Of a stretch of DNA of 64,000 nucleotides, positions 60,540 to 64,000 are shown in pieces (the first letter of the stretch is position 1; every line of letters starts with the position of its first letter). The stretch is from Kouleothrix sp. (GTDB taxonomy: Bacteria; Chloroflexota; Chloroflexia; Chloroflexales; Roseiflexaceae), in contig NZ_JAXLWP010000032.1 in assembly GCF_046328425.1 (NCBI RefSeq), forward strand, positions 23,479 through 87,478, given 5' to 3'. The notes under the pieces are model-generated. The model saw only the letters and a program-made list of their open reading frames with translations. It did no database searches and had not been told where the DNA came from. Both the position numbers and the translations under genes were made by a program.

Positions 60540-60568
60540 TTGACAGAGCCGGCACGCTTTGCTATAAT
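60540..60568 (+). promoter_or_regulatory. perfect consensus sigma70 promoter TTGACA-17-TATAAT upstream of rplU
   Basis: ttgaca gagccggcacgctttgc tataat. Confidence 0.7.
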
Positions 60569-60602
60569 CAGGCGCAGTCTGATGCGAGGGCTCTCCATCC
60601 AG

Positions 60603-60626
60603 AGAGTGGCTGGTCCACTCTTTTTT
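60603..60626 (+). terminator. leader hairpin + U-run (putative attenuator) in the rplU 5' UTR
   Basis: agagtgg ctggt ccactct tttttt sits about 35 nt downstream of the -10 and about 65 nt upstream of the rplU GTG. It is followed by a second potential hairpin (tttcgggggcggacgatgcgccccgg). Confidence 0.55.
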
Positions 60627-60691
60627 CGTGTGAAGAACGTTTCGGGGGCGGACGATGCGCCCCGGTCACGCCAGTATTGAGGAGCTGCGTC

Positions 60692-61000
60692 GTGTACGCA
60701 ATTATTCGTGATCGCGGGATGCAGTACCGCGTCGAAGAAGGCCAAGTACTTCAGATCGCCCTGCTCGACGCCGAGGTTGGCAGCCAGGTTGAGCTTGGCG
60801 AAGTGCTGATGGTCGGCGGCGACACGCCCACGGTTGGCACGCCGGTTGTGGCGGGCGCCAAAGTGCTGGCAAAAGTTGTCGGCACCGACAAGGGCGATAA
60901 GATCATCGTCTTCAAGTACAAGAACAAGAAGCGCTACCGCCGGCGGACGGGCCATCGCCAGCAGTACACCACGGTATCGATCAGCCAGATCGTCGGCTAG
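60692..61000 (+). CDS. rplU: 50S ribosomal protein L21
   Basis: GTG start after GAGGAG. MYAIIRDRGMQYRVEEGQVLQI ... KIIVFKYKNKKRYRRRTGHRQQYT is full-length L21. Confidence 0.9.
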   Translation: MYAIIRDRGMQYRVEEGQVLQIALLDAEVGSQVELGEVLMVGGDTPTVGTPVVAGAKVLAKVVGTDKGDKIIVFKYKNKKRYRRRTGHRQQYTTVSISQIVG

Positions 61001-61055
61001 CGGCCAGGTGTGAGAGCAAACCCGCGGCGCACCGCGTATGATAACGGAGGCAATA

Positions 61056-61334
61056 ATGGCGCATAAAAAAGGTGTCGGCAGCTCGCGCAACGGCCGCGAC
61101 AGCAAGCCGAAAATGCTGGGCGTGAAGCGCTATGGCGGCCAGCACGTGCAGGCCGGCGAAATTATTGTGCGCCAGCGCGGCACGAAGATCAAGCCTGGCG
61201 TGAATGTCGGCCTCGGCCGCGACCACACGATCTACGCGATGGTCGAGGGCGTCGTCACGTTCGAGCACTACTCGCGCACGCAGCGGCAGGTGAGCGTCTA
61301 CAGCGCGCCGGCGGCCGAGAGCGCGGCGGCCTAA
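61056..61334 (+). CDS. rpmA: 50S ribosomal protein L27
   Basis: [59 protein letters not shown]. Confidence 0.9.
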   Translation: MAHKKGVGSSRNGRDSKPKMLGVKRYGGQHVQAGEIIVRQRGTKIKPGVNVGLGRDHTIYAMVEGVVTFEHYSRTQRQVSVYSAPAAESAAA

Positions 61335-61355
61335 CTTACAACCTGGAGAATTTCC

Positions 61356-61658
61356 GTGAAAGATACTATTCATCCGAAGGTGTTCAACACCACGATCGTC
61401 TGCACCACCTGCGGCACTAACTGGCCGACGCAGTCGACCCGGCAGAACATCCGCGTCGACATCTGCTCGCATTGCCACCCGTTCTACACCGGCGAGCAGC
61501 GCATCGTCGACACCGCCGGGCAGGTCGACCGCTTCATGAAGCGGCTGCAGAGCAGCCAGGCCCAGCAGGCCGACGCCGCGCGCCGCCGCGAAGAGAAGAA
61601 CAAGCCTGCGCCCAAGAAGCCCAGCCTGTTGAAAGAGATCTACGGCGACGAGGCGTAA
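61356..61658 (+). CDS. rpmE: 50S ribosomal protein L31 (Zn-ribbon type, with Lys/Ala-rich C-terminal tail)
   Basis: GTG start after GGAGAA. MKDTIHPKVFNTTIVCTTCGTNWPTQSTRQNIRVDICSHCHPFYTG has the CxxC ... CxxC arrangement. Confidence 0.8.
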   Translation: MKDTIHPKVFNTTIVCTTCGTNWPTQSTRQNIRVDICSHCHPFYTGEQRIVDTAGQVDRFMKRLQSSQAQQADAARRREEKNKPAPKKPSLLKEIYGDEA

Positions 61659-61689
61659 GGCCCGGCCGCGATTTCGCATAGCAACTCGA

Positions 61690-61725
61690 AGCCCCGCCGA
61701 TGCGCGCATCGGCGGGGCTTTTGGC
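61690..61725 (+). terminator. rho-independent terminator after rpmE
   Basis: aagccccgccgatgcgcgcatcggcggggctttt. Confidence 0.7.
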
Positions 61726-61755
61726 TGGGACGCGCCGGCCTTCGGGCGCGGCGAG

Positions 61756-62490
61756 CTAGCCGTTCTCGGTGCGGTGAAACACCTCGGCGGCGGCCATCTC
61801 GTGGGCCTTGCCCGTTTCGGCGGCCCAAGCGCGCAGGCGCGGCTCAAGCTCGGGCATGCGCGGGCCAAGCTGGCTAACATGCGCCGCCAGCGCGGCGATC
61901 TTGGCGTCGAGCGTGGCCGAGATATCGACGGCGTGGTTGATCTCGGGCGCGCCCATGACATACAGCTCGCGCACCTTGTGTGGCGCCAGCCCCTCGTCGA
62001 GCAGCTCGGGGAAATCCCAGGGGTTCTGGCAGGCGGGGTAAAGCGCGGCGATCGTCGCCTCGCCGGCGGCCAGATGGTCGGGGTGATGGCGGCCGATCGG
62101 GTAGGCTGGCTTCCAGGTACGCTCGGGCGACTGGCAGAGCACGCGGGTCGGCCGGTAGCGGCGCATCAGGCGCACCAGATCGCGCCGCAAGTCGATGGTT
62201 GGCTGCAGCAAGCCATCGGGCCGGTCGAGAAAAATCACGTCTTTGACACCCAGAATACGAGCGGCCTCGCGCTGCTCGGCCTTGCGCGTATCGGTGATCT
62301 GCTTGCGCGCGGCCGGCCCGACATCGGTGGCCTCGTCGGCGCCGCCGCCCGATGCGTCGGTGCAGATCACAAAGTAGATCTCCCAGCCCTCGCGCGCCCA
62401 CGCCGCCACCGACCCGGCGCAGCCAAACTCGGCATCGTCGGGGTGGGCAACTATCACCATCGCGATGCGCGGCAGCTCCTGCTCGCTCAT
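61756..62490 (-). CDS. PIG-L/LmbE-family N-acetylglucosaminyl deacetylase (BshB/MshB-like)
   Basis: RIAMVIVAHPDDAEFGCAGSVA carries the AHPDDE motif. HPDH zinc ligands. The start is taken at MSEQELPR. Confidence 0.8.
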   Translation of the reverse strand: MSEQELPRIAMVIVAHPDDAEFGCAGSVAAWAREGWEIYFVICTDASGGGADEATDVGPAARKQITDTRKAEQREAARILGVKDVIFLDRPDGLLQPTIDLRRDLVRLMRRYRPTRVLCQSPERTWKPAYPIGRHHPDHLAAGEATIAALYPACQNPWDFPELLDEGLAPHKVRELYVMGAPEINHAVDISATLDAKIAALAAHVSQLGPRMPELEPRLRAWAAETGKAHEMAAAEVFHRTENG

Positions 62491-62559
62491 GAGACATTCC
62501 TTCATACTGTGTCGCGGTACCGCGCTACAGTATACCACCTGGCTGCGGCTGCCGGCACA

Positions 62560-62935
62560 TCATAGCAACTCCGTTTGATGCCTTTCTTTTTTTCACTTAT
62601 ACCAACTCCGTTTGATCACTTATAGAGTGTGTTGCACTACATGGCTTCGCCACGTAGTGCAACACAATAAGAAGGTGCGGCTTCGCCGCCCCCAAACCCC
62701 CACCAAAGTGTAAGTAATCAAGCGAATTTGGTATTACAGGACAAACGCGGTCACCTGCGATATTGGCTCCTTCTGCCTGCGGCAGCATGGTACTTCGCTT
62801 TCTTTTGTGCTGAGAAGGTGGCGCTTTGCGCCACCTTCTCAGCACCATTACATGAAAAAGTACCGCTCTGGCGAAGGCTGAGGGCGCCAAGCGTTTGCCC
62901 TAAGATTATGTTGCACTACGTGGCTTCGCCGCTTG
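62560..62935. repeat. composite REP/BIME-like mosaic (E x2, A, B rc, I rc, H, partial A)
   Basis: caactccgtttgat appears twice. gtgttgcactacatggcttcgccacgtagtgcaacac. ttcgccgcccccaaacccccaccaaagtgtaagtaatcaagcgaatttgg. gctgagaaggtggcgctttgcgccaccttctcagc. gtaccgctctggcgaaggctgagggcgcc. atgttgcactacgtggcttcgcc. Confidence 0.8.
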
Positions 62936-62938
62936 GTC

Positions 62939-63925
62939 TCAGGTGCCGACGTTCACCACCACCCGGCCGCGCACCTGGCCGTCGAGAATAGCCGCGGCGA
63001 GCGCCGGCACGTCGCGCAGCGTGGCATCGTGGATCATACGCTCAAGCAGATCGGCCGGGAGGTCGCGGGCGAGCCGCGCCCACGCGGCCGGCCGGCGCTC
63101 GGCGGGGAACATAACCGACTCGATGCCGAGCAGATTGACGCCGCGCAGAATAAACGGGAACACCGTGGTATTCAGATCGGCGCCCCCGGCATTGCCGCAG
63201 GCAGCCACGCTGCCGCCATAGGCCGTGGCGCGCAGCGCCGCCGCCAGCGTGGCCCCGCCTACGGTATCGACCACGCCGCCCCAGCGCTCGCTCTCGAGCG
63301 GGCGGCCCTCGGCCGGCAGGCGCCCGATCACCTCGGCGGCACCCAGGCTGCGCAGGTAGTCGGCGGCGTCGGCGCGGCCGCTCGACGCGACCACGCGGTG
63401 GCCTGCGCGGGCCAGCAAGGCCACCGCCACGCTGCCCACGCCGCCGGCCGCGCCGGTGACGAGCAGATCGCGGCCGGGCGCCAGCCCGTGGGCCTCGAGC
63501 GCCAGCACAGACAGCATGGCGGTGAAGCCGGCCGTGCCGATCGCCATAGCCGCGCGCGTGTCCAGGCCATCCGGCAGCGGCACCAGCCAGTCGCCGCGCA
63601 CGCGCGCGCGCTGGGCCAGGCCGCCCCAGTGGCGCTCGCCGACGCCCCAGCCGGTGAGCACCACCGCATCGCCGGGCTGAAAGCCAGGGTGCTGCGACTC
63701 GGCCACGGTGCCGGCGAAGTCGATACCCGGCACCATCGGGAACTGACGGATGACCTTGCCACGGCCGGTGATCGCCAGCCCATCCTTGTAGTTCAGGCTC
63801 GAAAAGGCCACATCGACCAGCACATCGCCAGCTGGCAGCGCGTCGGCGGCCAGCGAGCGGATCTCGGCGACAGTGGCGCCATCGCGCTGTTCGAGCACCA
63901 GCGCTTGAAATAGCTCGTTTGTCAT
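62939..63925 (-). CDS. MDR-superfamily NAD(P)H-dependent quinone/enoyl oxidoreductase (YhdH/AcuI-like)
   Basis: MTNELFQALVLEQRDGATVAEI ... SSLNYKDGLAITG ... LVTGAAGGVGSVAVALLARAGHRV (GxxGxxG Rossmann). Confidence 0.8.
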   Translation of the reverse strand: MTNELFQALVLEQRDGATVAEIRSLAADALPAGDVLVDVAFSSLNYKDGLAITGRGKVIRQFPMVPGIDFAGTVAESQHPGFQPGDAVVLTGWGVGERHWGGLAQRARVRGDWLVPLPDGLDTRAAMAIGTAGFTAMLSVLALEAHGLAPGRDLLVTGAAGGVGSVAVALLARAGHRVVASSGRADAADYLRSLGAAEVIGRLPAEGRPLESERWGGVVDTVGGATLAAALRATAYGGSVAACGNAGGADLNTTVFPFILRGVNLLGIESVMFPAERRPAAWARLARDLPADLLERMIHDATLRDVPALAAAILDGQVRGRVVVNVGT

Positions 63926-64000
63926 AGCTTCCCCTGATTACTTACACTTTGGCGGGGGTTTGGGGTGGCTTCGCCGCCCCAAACTTCTTTTTCTTAGGAG
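63926..64000. repeat. REP-like module B copy at window edge
   Basis: gattacttacactttggcgggggtttggggtggcttcgccgccccaaactt. Confidence 0.7.

Overview
This is a high-GC (~70%) bacterial chromosomal window, with gene content typical of a filamentous Chloroflexi-like organism: many TPR proteins, FN3 and beta-helix secreted giants, and Thr/Pro linkers. It is densely coding on both strands. Housekeeping genes present are efp, a tRNA-Leu/Val/Phe cluster, a complete LivJHMGF branched-chain amino-acid ABC operon, recN, thrS, sucC, gmd, fmt and rplU-rpmA-rpmE, together with many regulators (LuxR, PadR, XRE, a PAS histidine kinase, and a REC-GGDEF-REC regulator). Three features stand out.

- **Repeat load.** Almost every intergenic spacer is filled with a mosaic of at least eight families of REP/BIME-like palindromic modules. 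A RAYT-like (IS200/Y1) transposase homolog with a degenerate HUH motif sits inside one repeat-rich spacer next to an XRE regulator.
- **Candidate surface-structure operon (30222-36604, minus strand).** Six tightly packed genes: a DUF6916-like small protein, a GNAT acetyltransferase, three tandem phage-tail-collar (MdpB-like) paralogs, and a 1253-aa beta-helix/Ig/FN3/RTX giant. This is the most likely candidate for an undescribed system.
- **Endolysin-like module (21380-24973).** An Amidase_2 + CHAP peptidoglycan hydrolase with no signal peptide lies between two DUF4013 membrane-protein paralogs and may be a holin/endolysin-like autolysis or wall-remodelling module.

Other oddities: a LMW-PTP homolog lacking its catalytic cysteine; a Wzy-like O-antigen-ligase gene translationally coupled to a TPR gene; an orphan sucC; a consensus-promoter plus terminator leader ahead of rplU; a perfect PadR operator palindrome; and an AT-rich TTGAG-repeat island upstream of the GGDEF regulator. 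No CRISPR array and no rRNA were seen.
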